DNA from: Candidatus Latescibacterota bacterium | Lineage (GTDB): Bacteria; Latescibacterota; UBA2968; UBA8231 | Direction: 5' to 3' | Length of the DNA stretch: 64,000 bases | Assembly (NCBI GenBank): GCA_965217585.1 | Contig: OZ244561.1 | Coordinates: 1,472,001 to 1,536,000 of the forward strand | Shown here: positions 19,133-28,617 of the stretch, one piece after another | Position numbering within the stretch: position 1 is the first letter of the stretch | Layout of the letters: each line of letters starts with the position of its first letter | Notes under the pieces: generated by a model | Database searches by the model: none | What the model was told of the DNA's origin: nothing | The model's input: only the letters and a program-made list of their open reading frames with translations | Translations under genes and position numbers: made by a program

Positions 19133-20857
19133 TCAATAGGCGATGGCTACCGCGCTACTGCTGCGCTCGGTGCCGCTGTCGGTCTCCACTTCGACTTGCA
19201 GGATGTAAAGCCCTGGCAGCAGTAGCTCGCCCCGTGCATCTCGGCCATCCCAAGGGCGCTGGAACCGCCCGCTCTTGCTGCCAGCGACCGGCAGTTCTGC
19301 AACCTGATTGCGCGCCAAGTCGTAGATCCGCAGCGCAACCGGCGCCCGGCCCGTCAGATAGAGCAGATCGTAGCTGATCGTCGTGTAATCGTTGATCCCG
19401 TCGCCGTTAGGCGTGAACATGGGCGGCGTTGCGGACACCCGATGCACCAAGCGCTGGCCCTTCAAGGGCACCCGCACGCTCAGGTCGTCTCCCGCAAAGA
19501 GGGGGGCGGCGTTGCCGCGCTCGATCGCTTGGGGCAGCGCACCCTCTCGCGTGGTGTCGAGCAGCCGTCCGGTAAACACGGTCTCATAGCGCAGCACAGC
19601 CGTGTCGAAAACCACTTGCAGGGCGCGATTGCCGGTCTGGCGCACAAAGCTGGCCTGCAGGCCGTTGGCCCCTAGTTCCTCGCTGAACTCGATCGCTTGG
19701 CCATCTACGAGCAACTCGCGCAGGGCGCGGACTGGGGCCGGGGTGTCGATTTCCAAGCGGTCGAATCCCCGGGCGTCCGTCACTTCGATGGTATAGACGA
19801 AACTCGTATCCACGCCGACGGGGACCTCCTGTGGCCATATCTCGCCGACGATCGACTGCGCCAAGGCCGGGCGAAAGACCTCAAAAGCGAGTGAATCCAC
19901 GGCAATGCCATCTTCGAGTCCATCGCTCTCAAACGCCATGCTGAACTGGAAATAGCGGCGCGGTGCCGGCGAGAGAATCGGATCGCCGCTGTTCCGATAG
20001 GGCGTGGACCAAGGGCTCCAGCTAGCGGGCTCGTCGTCTGGCGAGGGGCTGCTGCCGCTGCGGGTGCGAACCACGAGCCGCGATCGCTGCGGCAAGCCCA
20101 CTTGCTCGGTGGCCCATTGCAGCCGGCCCCACAGCGCATCCTGCTCCATGTCGAAGACCTCGGACAGGTAATCCGCCTCGGGCACGAACCCGCTGCCAAA
20201 AATTTCTAATTCGTCGATTTCCCAGTTGAACCGCTGCGTGGATTCCAAGCGGAGATAGCGCACGTATTGCAGGGGGAATCGCACATCGATGGTGTCGCGG
20301 CTATTGCTGCCGTCTTGAGCCATGAGCGTTAGCAAGGTCTTGTCCGGCAGCTTTTCGACCGAGGCGGCTATGATGTCTGCGCCGAATGCGCCGTCGTTGA
20401 TAGAGAGCACGTAGCCTTTCATAAAGTCGCTCTTGAAGGCTTGGCGGGGGAAGAAGCGAATGTGATTGACGCCAAACCGAGCGCCTAAATCGACGACTAG
20501 GAGGATTCCGGTGGCCACCACGTTCTTGGCCTCAAAAGCCGTGCCTGGATCGCCATCCACCATGCTGTGCAAGCGCTCTTTGAGCACGGCTGAGGTCATG
20601 CGCAAAACGGCCTGGGCGTTGGGCGAAGTCACCCGACCGCCGCGCTCGAGGATCCCCGCGGCAATATTGGTGTTTGCCGCCACGCTGCGCGGCTGGATCC
20701 ATCCCGCGCGGGCGCTGAAGTCGATGACCGGCGCAGATGTGGCCGCCTCCTGCCAAGTCGCGCCGCTTCCGGCACCCCCGACTACGATGTTTTCCGTCGC
20801 TAGGGCCGCCGCAGCGAGTAACCCCACTAAAGCCAAGGCATTGCGCTGTCTGCTCAT
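19133..20857 (-). CDS. Secreted discoidin/FlgD-Ig protein (family A, short form)
   Basis: Start reassigned to ATG 20857 (RBS GAGG, signal peptide; the longer ORF reads through a terminator). VDLGARFGVNHIRFFP, WSPWSTPY, FTPNGDGIND; ends VAIAY. Confidence 0.8.
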   Translation of the reverse strand: MSRQRNALALVGLLAAAALATENIVVGGAGSGATWQEAATSAPVIDFSARAGWIQPRSVAANTNIAAGILERGGRVTSPNAQAVLRMTSAVLKERLHSMVDGDPGTAFEAKNVVATGILLVVDLGARFGVNHIRFFPRQAFKSDFMKGYVLSINDGAFGADIIAASVEKLPDKTLLTLMAQDGSNSRDTIDVRFPLQYVRYLRLESTQRFNWEIDELEIFGSGFVPEADYLSEVFDMEQDALWGRLQWATEQVGLPQRSRLVVRTRSGSSPSPDDEPASWSPWSTPYRNSGDPILSPAPRRYFQFSMAFESDGLEDGIAVDSLAFEVFRPALAQSIVGEIWPQEVPVGVDTSFVYTIEVTDARGFDRLEIDTPAPVRALRELLVDGQAIEFSEELGANGLQASFVRQTGNRALQVVFDTAVLRYETVFTGRLLDTTREGALPQAIERGNAAPLFAGDDLSVRVPLKGQRLVHRVSATPPMFTPNGDGINDYTTISYDLLYLTGRAPVALRIYDLARNQVAELPVAGSKSGRFQRPWDGRDARGELLLPGLYILQVEVETDSGTERSSSAVAIAY

Positions 20858-20876
20858 ATCGCCTCTTGGGAGGTAT

Positions 20877-20916
20877 AAAAAAACCGCCATGCCAGGTCGG
20901 AAGCCCGGCATGGCGG
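20877..20916 (-). terminator. Intrinsic terminator/attenuator inside the operon
   Basis: Minus strand: CCGCCATGCC-N13-GGCATGGCGG followed by T7, just downstream of the 20942..21829 gene. Confidence 0.8.
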
Positions 20917-20941
20917 CACTCAGTCTGCGCGCCTGAAACAA

Positions 20942-21829
20942 CTACTCAGCAAACGTAGATTTGAGCCGACCCCAGCCAATTTCCTCTACGGCCGTTTCCT
21001 CTCCAGCCATGGCTTGGGAAGCCCAATCGATATCCGGGTCGATGGGGGCCAACAGAAAGTCGGAGAGCAAATCGCCCTGGAAGTAGCTATCCGTGGCCCC
21101 ACTCAGGGTCCAGTAGCCCTCATAGCCGCCGCTCTCCAGGTCGTCGTCGTCGATGATCGTGAAGTGGAAGCCCGCGATATTGCCCTCGACCAAGGAGCCG
21201 ATGGTGCTCTGGTCGATCCCGTTCCAGTTCAGGTTGTCGAAGGGGGTCAGCATATACTCGGCCCGGAAGAAGCCCTCCCCGCCTTCATCAGCAGTCTGGG
21301 TGGAGGCGAACTCCCCGTAGGGCGGCTCGGTGATCCACTGGGCTTTGCCCCAATGGTTGAGGCCCGGGCCGCCTTGGTTGAAACCATAGTTCTGGGCATG
21401 GGCGCCGTGCAGTAGATCCTTCTGATCTTGGTCTTCCACGTCGGGCCACACGTTGAACATGCCGCCGCTGTGGTCCGCGTCGAAAACCATCTCCATAGGC
21501 TCCCAGCCGGTGGTGACCCAGATGGCGTCGTCGAACCGATCCTCCATGACGTAGAGCTTGTTGGTGTTGGGATTCCAGCCGACGATGGCCCGCAGCGCTA
21601 AGTCGGTGGCGTCCCACGCGGTACCCACGCCTCTCACGGTCTCGGTCAATTGCTCGTGGTTGATCCAGTAGCCATCGGGAATGACGTCCCACTCGATGAG
21701 ATTGCCGTCGATGGTGGGAATGTTGGCATCTGGAAATTGCACTGCCGGGAACACCACATCTGCAGGCAGGTGTGCCCAGCAGGGGATGGCCGCGAGCGCA
21801 ACGGCGAAAATCAGGGCGAGCTTTTTCAT
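20942..21829 (-). CDS. Secreted acidic DOMON/CBM9-like protein with C-terminal TAVEEIGWGRLK tail (family D, copy 1)
   Basis: Signal peptide ending CWA|H; PTIDGNLxEW, FDADHSGG, GFHFTIIDDD; amphipathic WGRLK tail. Confidence 0.7.
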   Translation of the reverse strand: MKKLALIFAVALAAIPCWAHLPADVVFPAVQFPDANIPTIDGNLIEWDVIPDGYWINHEQLTETVRGVGTAWDATDLALRAIVGWNPNTNKLYVMEDRFDDAIWVTTGWEPMEMVFDADHSGGMFNVWPDVEDQDQKDLLHGAHAQNYGFNQGGPGLNHWGKAQWITEPPYGEFASTQTADEGGEGFFRAEYMLTPFDNLNWNGIDQSTIGSLVEGNIAGFHFTIIDDDDLESGGYEGYWTLSGATDSYFQGDLLSDFLLAPIDPDIDWASQAMAGEETAVEEIGWGRLKSTFAE

Positions 21830-21889
21830 TGCTTTACTCCAGTTGGAAAGAGGTTGGAAAACCTATAACTTCTCTGCACATATTTGTAA

Positions 21890-21919
21890 ATTGTACGGAA
21901 TTTGTTTCTCACTTGTCAA
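21890..21919 (-). promoter_or_regulatory. Near-consensus sigma70 promoter for the leftward module-1 operon
   Basis: Minus strand TTGACA (21919-21914), 18-nt spacer, TACAAT (21895-21890), in an AT-rich divergent intergenic region. Confidence 0.75.
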
Positions 21920-21949
21920 AAAAATAAAAACCTTGTCCCTTAAATAAAT

Positions 21950-23866
21950 ATGCAAAAATTTATGCGGTTTTTGGGCCATCGCGCTCGCGTTTCGCCGGCT
22001 GCGTCTTTGTCATTTTTGCGCTGGCTGCTCTGCCCTCTCCTCGCTCTTGCCTGTGAAACGCGAGAGCCAGATGACAGGCCGCTGGCCCAAGTGGGCACTG
22101 AGTTGATTACCGAGCGGGATTATCGCAGTTTTGTCGCCGGCCTGCCCGAGTGGACCAAGAGCGCGGTCGAGGGCAGCGACCAAGTGCGCGACTACCTGCA
22201 ATCCCTCGTCGATCGCGCCCTCATCTTGCGCGCCGCGCGGGCGCAAAAGGTGGAGCAGAGCGCGGCCGTACAAAAAAACATGGCAACGGCCCTGCGGCTA
22301 AAAGTGGGGCAGGCGATGGAGCAGCGCTACATCCGGCCCGCCGTCTCGGTCAGCGAAGAAGAACTGCGGCGCGAATTCGCCGCGCAGCGGTGGGAGCGGC
22401 AGCTCAAGATCGCCCACATTTTCGTGCGGACCCAGGCGCGGGCCGAAGCGGCCCTAGCCGCCCTGCGAGCGGGCCACTCCTTTGCGGAAGTGGCACACGA
22501 GTTTTCGCAAAATCTCACCACCGCGGCGCACGGTGGGGAAAAGCCTTACTATTACAGCCGCATCAATGCCATTCCAGCCGTGCGCGATTCCTTGTTCAGC
22601 TTGCCCAAAGGCGCAATATCCAGCATCCTCCCCGTTCCCAAGGGGTACGAGATTTTCAAGATCCTCGACGAGCGCATAGCTCCCTATGAGCAAATGCGGC
22701 CACAGGTCCTCAAGGCCGTTATGAGGGAACGGTTGCAGGCACGGCGGTGGGCGTACATCGACTCGCTAGCCAAGCGGTTCCAATGGCAGGAGGCTGCGGA
22801 GGGCATGGAGCGGCTCACGCGCATCTTGCACAGCGGCGAGCAAGAGGGCGATAAGCAGGTATTCTACCTCTCGGATGCAGACGCCGCGGCCGCGCTGTAC
22901 ACCTACCGGGGCGGTGCAATCAGCTTGGGAGAAGCAGTGAGCCGCTCGCAGTTCATCCGCCAAGGGCGGTACGTGGACGACAGCCTGAAGGTGGCGCACT
23001 ACTTGGAGCGCGACGTGAAGGTGCCGCAGCTTCTCCTGCTGCAGGGCCGCGCCTTGGGAATCGACCAGGAGCCTGCGATCGCCGACTGGCTTACGCGCAA
23101 AAAGGAAGAAATCCTCATCCGCGAAATGCGGCGTCTCGCCACGACTCACCAGAGGCCGGTGCCCGAACAAGAGATGCGCGCTCACTACGAGGCCCACCCG
23201 AGAAGTTACCAGACTTCGTCCATGGTAGAAGTTGTGGAAATACAAGTCGAGGAAGAGGCCCAAGCGCGGGAATTGCTATCCCAGATACGCGCCGACCGGC
23301 AGCGGGCCGCACCACTAATCGCCCTCCTCGCTATCATAAAAAAGGATGGGCGCGAGGTGAGCGCGTTGCAGAACCTTGGCGATGAACTCGCGGTATATGG
23401 CTGGCTCAAGCGGCGTCTAAGCGACCCCTTGGGCACGGCGCAAGTCGCCGCAGAAGTTGCAAAAGCGACCGGGCCGGCAGACCTCGCCGAGACCTACATC
23501 GCACGCCAGCTCGCAGCCGTCCACAGCGTGCGCCACGGCAGCCGCGAGGCCGAGGGCCTCTACCAGCTCTATTGGCACGAGACGCCGCGCTTTGGGCCGC
23601 TGGTCAAAGCGACTATGGAGGCCGAGGTCGGCGCGCTCGTCGGCCCGGTAGAACACCACGGCCTGTACTCGATCGCCAAAATCGTCGGGCGCACCGAATC
23701 GGGGCGGCGGCCCTTTGCGGAAGTACAGCAGCGCATCGAACACACCTTGCGGCGCGGACGAGAGAACGAATTGTTCGGGGAGTGGCTGCAAGCGTTGCGC
23801 GCCGCGGAGGACGAGGTGGTCTTCTTCGACGACAACATCAGAGCACTGGGGCAGGACGCGCCGTGA
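21950..23866 (+). CDS. Peptidyl-prolyl cis-trans isomerase lipoprotein (PrsA/SurA-like, two parvulin-like domains)
   Basis: Lipobox LALAC; AHIFV..FAEVAHEFS..GG; second rotamase-like domain ending PFAEVQ. Paralog of 44591..46243. Confidence 0.8.
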   Translation: MQKFMRFLGHRARVSPAASLSFLRWLLCPLLALACETREPDDRPLAQVGTELITERDYRSFVAGLPEWTKSAVEGSDQVRDYLQSLVDRALILRAARAQKVEQSAAVQKNMATALRLKVGQAMEQRYIRPAVSVSEEELRREFAAQRWERQLKIAHIFVRTQARAEAALAALRAGHSFAEVAHEFSQNLTTAAHGGEKPYYYSRINAIPAVRDSLFSLPKGAISSILPVPKGYEIFKILDERIAPYEQMRPQVLKAVMRERLQARRWAYIDSLAKRFQWQEAAEGMERLTRILHSGEQEGDKQVFYLSDADAAAALYTYRGGAISLGEAVSRSQFIRQGRYVDDSLKVAHYLERDVKVPQLLLLQGRALGIDQEPAIADWLTRKKEEILIREMRRLATTHQRPVPEQEMRAHYEAHPRSYQTSSMVEVVEIQVEEEAQARELLSQIRADRQRAAPLIALLAIIKKDGREVSALQNLGDELAVYGWLKRRLSDPLGTAQVAAEVAKATGPADLAETYIARQLAAVHSVRHGSREAEGLYQLYWHETPRFGPLVKATMEAEVGALVGPVEHHGLYSIAKIVGRTESGRRPFAEVQQRIEHTLRRGRENELFGEWLQALRAAEDEVVFFDDNIRALGQDAP

Positions 23867-24741
23867 TCCAACGCGAACTCCGCAAGCTGATCGTGCCCCT
23901 GCTCGGGCCGGCGCTCGTGCTGCACATCGCGTTCTTTGTGCTGCCGGTATGCAGCGCCTTCTACTATTCGCTGACTTCTTGGTCGGGCGTATCGCCGGAA
24001 AAAGAGTACATCGGCTTCGCTAATTTTGCGCGCGCCTTTGCCGATCACACTTTTCTCACGGCCCTAGAAAACGTCTTTTTGTTCGGCGTCCTCGGATTCT
24101 TAGTCGTCTTTCCGCTGAGCCTGCTATTCGCGGTAATTCTCTCCAAAAAGCCGCCCTTTGCGGGCTTTCTAAAATTCGTCGTCTTTGCCCCCACCCTGCT
24201 CTCGGTCGTGGTCACTGCCGTGCTGTGGGGTAGCATCTACAACCCGGTCATCGGCCTGCTCAACGAAACCCTGCGCAGCGTCGGGCTAGACGCACTCACC
24301 CGGCCCTGGCTAGGCAGCCGCCACAACGCCCTGCCGGCCATTGCCGTCGCCATGATCTGGCAGGGGCTGGGCACTTATGTGATCCTATTTTTGGCGGGCT
24401 TGCAAAAGATCCCGCTCAGTTTTTACGAGTCCGCCGAGTTAGATGGGGCCAATGCCTGGCAGCAATTTTGGCACGTGACCCTGCCGCTGCTGTGGGACGT
24501 CGTGCAGATTTTGGTGATTTTCTGGATCATCGGCGCCTTTCAGGCTTTTGCCCTCATCTTCGTCATCACGCGCGGCTATCCCAACGTCATTGAGGTGCTG
24601 GGAACCTATATCTATTGGGCCGGCTTTCAGGGGCAGAGCATCGGCTATGCCTCGGCCATGGGGGTCGTCATGTTCTTCTTCGTACTGGCGTTTAGCCTCG
24701 TGGTCAATCGCCTGATGCGCCGCGAGAGCGTGGAATACTGA
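23863..24741 (+). CDS. Carbohydrate ABC transporter permease (MalF-like)
   Basis: EAA motif LQKIPLSFYESAELDGAN. Start reassigned to GTG 23863 (GTGA overlap with the PPIase stop). Confidence 0.9.
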   Translation: MIQRELRKLIVPLLGPALVLHIAFFVLPVCSAFYYSLTSWSGVSPEKEYIGFANFARAFADHTFLTALENVFLFGVLGFLVVFPLSLLFAVILSKKPPFAGFLKFVVFAPTLLSVVVTAVLWGSIYNPVIGLLNETLRSVGLDALTRPWLGSRHNALPAIAVAMIWQGLGTYVILFLAGLQKIPLSFYESAELDGANAWQQFWHVTLPLLWDVVQILVIFWIIGAFQAFALIFVITRGYPNVIEVLGTYIYWAGFQGQSIGYASAMGVVMFFFVLAFSLVVNRLMRRESVEY

Positions 24742-24742
24742 G

Positions 24743-25570
24743 ATGCGCCGCTTGCCCAAACTGCTGGCCATTCTGCTCATGGGGGGCTACTGCCTGAGTT
24801 CCCTAATCGCCCTCTTCTGGGTGACCTATACCTCCTTTAAGGCCAATCCCGAGTTTTTCGCCAGCACTTGGGCCTTGCCAGCCGAATTGCGCTGGAGCAA
24901 TTACGCGTACGCTTGGGACAACGCCGAAATTGGCCGCTACTTTTTTAACACAGCCTATATCACCGCGCTCGCCACGAGTGGTACCTTATTGGCGTCGGCC
25001 ATGGCGGCGTATGTCCTATCGCGGGTGACCTTCGCGTTTAGGCGATTTACCTTCTATCTCTTCCTGTCGGCCATGATGGTGCCACCCATGCTGTACCTCT
25101 TCCCGCTCTTTGTGCAGATGCGGCATTTGCACCTGACCAACAGCCACTTTGGTTTGATCGTGCTCTACATCGCCACTGGGCTACCTTTTTCGATCTTTGT
25201 CCTGACGGGTTTTTTTCGCACCCTGCCGACCGAAATGGAAGAGGCCGCACTGATCGACGGGGCCTCGCCGTGGCGGACCTTCTGGACGATTGCGCTGCCC
25301 CTCGCCAAGCCCGGGCTAATCGCGGTTTCCATCTTCAACTTTATCAACTACTGGAACGAGTTTTTCTGGTCGCTCATCCTCCTCCGCACCGGCAAGCTCT
25401 ACACGCTGGCCCGCGGCCTGCAAACCCTGTTCTGGAACATGTCAACCGAATCGCGCTGGACCGAGTTATTTGCCGGTCTGGTGATCGTCATGCTGCCTCT
25501 GATTGTGGTGTTCATCCTGTTGCAAAACCGCATAACAGAGGGCCTGACCGTCGGCGCATTAAAGGGCTAA
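24743..25570 (+). CDS. Carbohydrate ABC transporter permease (MalG-like)
   Basis: LPTEMEEAALIDGAS EAA motif; WNEFFW; C-terminal GLTVGALKG. Confidence 0.92.
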   Translation: MRRLPKLLAILLMGGYCLSSLIALFWVTYTSFKANPEFFASTWALPAELRWSNYAYAWDNAEIGRYFFNTAYITALATSGTLLASAMAAYVLSRVTFAFRRFTFYLFLSAMMVPPMLYLFPLFVQMRHLHLTNSHFGLIVLYIATGLPFSIFVLTGFFRTLPTEMEEAALIDGASPWRTFWTIALPLAKPGLIAVSIFNFINYWNEFFWSLILLRTGKLYTLARGLQTLFWNMSTESRWTELFAGLVIVMLPLIVVFILLQNRITEGLTVGALKG

Positions 25571-25572
25571 TC

Positions 25573-26880
25573 GTGGAGCGCAGGGACTTTCTTAAATACG
25601 TGGCCGCTTCGGCCGTCGCCGGCGGGTGCGGCCGGTATCTGCCCGGGGAAAACGTGCTGGAGATCGCCAACCTCCAGCCGCCCGCCGCTCAAGTGCCGAT
25701 CAACCAAGTCATGTGGCGGGCCGTGGAGCGCTTCCGCGAAACGCACCCGGAAGTCCAAGTCGAGCCAGCCAGCGGCGGCGGCGGCGGCTACCAAGAACTG
25801 ATGATTCGCGTCATGGAGGGACACCCGCCGGATATCATGTCTTTTGCCACGGCCGAGACCGGCCTCACCTACGCTTACGTAGAACAGGGGCACGTCCTCG
25901 ATATGACGGAGTACCTCCAGCGGCCTTCTTGGGATATTCCGGGCAAAACTTGGCTGGAGACCATCGACCCGCTCTACCGAGAGCCGCTGACGTACAAAGG
26001 CCGCTTTTACGCCATCCCCCAAAACGTGATTTCCCTCCAGGTGTATTGCAACGCCGAGCTGTACCAACGCGCCGGTGCCGATCTCAATCCGCAGACCTGG
26101 GATCAGTTTATCGACAACTGCGAACGCCTCAAACGCGCCGGTATAGTCCCCATTACCCAAGACGGCATCCACTGGTACACGAGCTGGTGGTTCGACCACC
26201 TAGCCCAGCGCATCCTCGGCGCCGACAAGGTGCGCCAGGCCTTCAGCGACCCCCAGCGCCGGACCCCATGGACCGAACCCGGCTTTCTCCAAGCCGCCCG
26301 CATGGTCGAACAGATGCTGGATCGGGAGTATTTTGCGGAAGGGTTTGCCGGCCTCAATCACATCGAGTCCGAGCTTTTGTTCTGGCAGGGACGAGCGGCG
26401 ACCGTCTTTGTCGGCAGTTGGTTTACCAGTGGTCGGACCGAAGTAATCGGGAAGAATTTTCCCTTGTACGCCTTTCGTTTTCCCGCAGTCCAAGGCGGGC
26501 GCGGGAACCCGCACGACCTAATCGGCACGGTCAACACCCAGAGCATCCCCGCTCTGGCCCGCCATCCCGAGCGAGCGGCGGAATTCCTGCGCTTGGTGAA
26601 CAGCCGCTGGTTCCAAGAGCAGATGGTGCAACAGGCCCAGATGATTAGTCCGCTTACAGGCATGCCACTGCCCGGTATCCAACAAGGATTAGATCAGATC
26701 CTCGTCCAGACCGATCAGTTCTACTCATTTTCCTTTGGGCTAGAAGGAGCGCACCCGTTCTTGTATCGCCAATACTGGAACGAGTGGAACCAGTTCATGG
26801 TGGCGCGCGAACTATCGGCCCCCCAGCTCGTGGAAAACCTCGAAAACATCTTTACTCGTTATTATGGGCACTTGGGGTAG
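25573..26880 (+). CDS. Carbohydrate ABC substrate-binding protein, Tat-exported lipoprotein
   Basis: Start reassigned to GTG 25573: VERRDFLK twin-arginine motif plus AGGC lipobox; PPDI, YAIP, YCNAELY, PQTWDQF (SBP family 1). Confidence 0.88.
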   Translation: MERRDFLKYVAASAVAGGCGRYLPGENVLEIANLQPPAAQVPINQVMWRAVERFRETHPEVQVEPASGGGGGYQELMIRVMEGHPPDIMSFATAETGLTYAYVEQGHVLDMTEYLQRPSWDIPGKTWLETIDPLYREPLTYKGRFYAIPQNVISLQVYCNAELYQRAGADLNPQTWDQFIDNCERLKRAGIVPITQDGIHWYTSWWFDHLAQRILGADKVRQAFSDPQRRTPWTEPGFLQAARMVEQMLDREYFAEGFAGLNHIESELLFWQGRAATVFVGSWFTSGRTEVIGKNFPLYAFRFPAVQGGRGNPHDLIGTVNTQSIPALARHPERAAEFLRLVNSRWFQEQMVQQAQMISPLTGMPLPGIQQGLDQILVQTDQFYSFSFGLEGAHPFLYRQYWNEWNQFMVARELSAPQLVENLENIFTRYYGHLG

Positions 26881-26942
26881 CTTTGATAGCAGGACGCGAA
26901 TAACGCATCCTCATATACCGCTAGAGCCAAAGGTAGGCAATC

Positions 26943-27266
26943 ATGCTGAATCATAAAGGCTATACGGGCCACGTCGAGTTCGACGACGAGGCGGGTCTCT
27001 TTCACGGCGAGGTGCTCGATCTCAAAGACGTCGTCACGTTTCAAGGGCGGACGGTTGAGGAACTGGAGCGAGCCTTCCGAGAATCGGTAGAAGACTACTT
27101 GGCCTTCTGCCAAGAGCGCGGCGAAGCACCGGATAAACCCTTTTCTGGCCGCTTGATGCTTCGCTTGCCACCAGCCTTGCACCGTGAGATCTACGTGCGA
27201 GCGCAGCGCGAAGGTAAGAGTCTGAACCAGTGGATTGCAGACCAACTGTCAACGGCTTGGCGATAA
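26943..27266 (+). CDS. hicB: HicB-family antitoxin (no adjacent intact toxin gene)
   Basis: HKGYTGHVEFDDE..FQGRTVEELERAF..DYL..KPFSG..LRLPPALH ribbon-helix-helix pattern. Confidence 0.9.
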   Translation: MLNHKGYTGHVEFDDEAGLFHGEVLDLKDVVTFQGRTVEELERAFRESVEDYLAFCQERGEAPDKPFSGRLMLRLPPALHREIYVRAQREGKSLNQWIADQLSTAWR

Positions 27267-27446
27267 CGCACGAATCCCAGAAGCTACCTGCTCGCCCCGA
27301 CATTCCGCAAGATTATCGACTACCACAAGGATTTGCTGTAAAACAAGCTCGATTTTGGGCTGTATTTATCGATCCAAACTGTGTCAGGTTTTACGCCCTA
27401 GCCTACCCCTACTTTGCATGAAGAGGAATGTCTAAGCAAGCCTACT

Positions 27447-27689
27447 CTAAGCTCCTTTACGCTGAAATTTCTTAATAGCGAGATTCACAAGGATAGCTAG
27501 GTTCGCGCTGGCTAATAGGGCTACGCCCCAAATCCAAACATGGGTTTGGGGCGTAGCTAAAACCATCGCGTAGAAATTGGGGGCCTCTGCGGCGGGTGCC
27601 GACGTTCGAAGTAAGGCCCCAATGATACCCATGACCACGACCATTACGGTCGACAGAAGAGCGACTACCCCCCATAGATGCGTGCTCAT
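27447..27689 (-). CDS. Small two-helix membrane protein, unknown function
   Basis: Strong RBS AGGAGGT upstream; two hydrophobic segments and a basic tail. Confidence 0.65.
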   Translation of the reverse strand: MSTHLWGVVALLSTVMVVVMGIIGALLRTSAPAAEAPNFYAMVLATPQTHVWIWGVALLASANLAILVNLAIKKFQRKGA

Positions 27690-27749
27690 AGCTCACCTCC
27701 TGCAATTTTGAACCCGGCCAATACCTTTACCAAAAACCACCGGGTACTG

Positions 27750-28580
27750 CTATGCGTCAGCGCGGTCGATCCACTTATAGGCGGCTTTGGCGTTGCGCCA
27801 AAAGTACTTTTCCGTCGCCTCTTCGCCCCGCGCGATAAAATACGTCATCACCAAGCGCTGTATTTCTGCGTACTCGCGGCCACTGCGGTCGGATACCGGC
27901 CAGTCGCTGCCGTAAATCAGCCGGTCCTCTCCGAACAAATCCCATAGCGCATCGAGCACCGGAGCGTAAAAGTCCACATCCGTCGGTGCTGGCTTGACTT
28001 GACTGCGCAAATCCATCAGCCCCGACACCTTGCAATAAACCTGCGGATGGGCAGCGGCTTGGCGCATCAATTCCAGCCGCGCCGGATCGGGTGGGCGGCC
28101 GTCGATGGGGATACCGCCGATGTGGTTTATGACGATGCGCAACTCGGGGAAGCGCGCCGCCAGCGCGGGCACGCCCTCGTGTAAGCCCGTGTCCAGCTCC
28201 AGATCGTTGGCTATTAGCATTTCAGCAGCAGCCAAGCCGTGACTTTCCGTTGCATCTACGCGGGCGCGGATGCCGAGGAAAACCGGGTCGGCGGCAAAGC
28301 GCTCCAAGTGAGCGGCAAAGTCCGGGTCGTCAGGTTCAAGATGCCCGACCAATCCCACGATGAAGGGATCTTCGGCGGCCAAGTCGAGAACCCATTGGTT
28401 GTCTTCGACCCAAGGGCTGCACTCGACCATGACCGTGCCCGTTACGCCCTCGGGCACGGCTAGGGCCTTGTAGTCTTCGGGCAGCGCGCGCCGGTAGAGA
28501 ATTTCGTCGTCTTTTTCCGGCCAAGGCACGCCTTGGGGTCTGAACGGATCGTAGAAATGGGTGTGGGTATCGATAATCAT
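27750..28580 (-). CDS. Amidohydrolase-2 family protein (sugar lactonase/L-fuconolactonase-like)
   Basis: Start reassigned to ATG 28580 (RBS AAGGAG): IIDTHTH, INHIG, YCKVSG, YGSDWP. Confidence 0.85.
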   Translation of the reverse strand: MIIDTHTHFYDPFRPQGVPWPEKDDEILYRRALPEDYKALAVPEGVTGTVMVECSPWVEDNQWVLDLAAEDPFIVGLVGHLEPDDPDFAAHLERFAADPVFLGIRARVDATESHGLAAAEMLIANDLELDTGLHEGVPALAARFPELRIVINHIGGIPIDGRPPDPARLELMRQAAAHPQVYCKVSGLMDLRSQVKPAPTDVDFYAPVLDALWDLFGEDRLIYGSDWPVSDRSGREYAEIQRLVMTYFIARGEEATEKYFWRNAKAAYKWIDRADA

Positions 28581-28617
28581 CGCCAAATCGCTCCTTTTTT
28601 GGTTATGGCCGCGCAGC

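Noticed and set aside
25270-25572. Long N-terminal extensions in the ORF track (also at 13804, 20941, 23572, 28688, 29637, 34047, 41642 and 49400)
   Set aside because: They overlap neighbouring genes, promoters or hairpins; downstream starts give better RBS and signal peptides.
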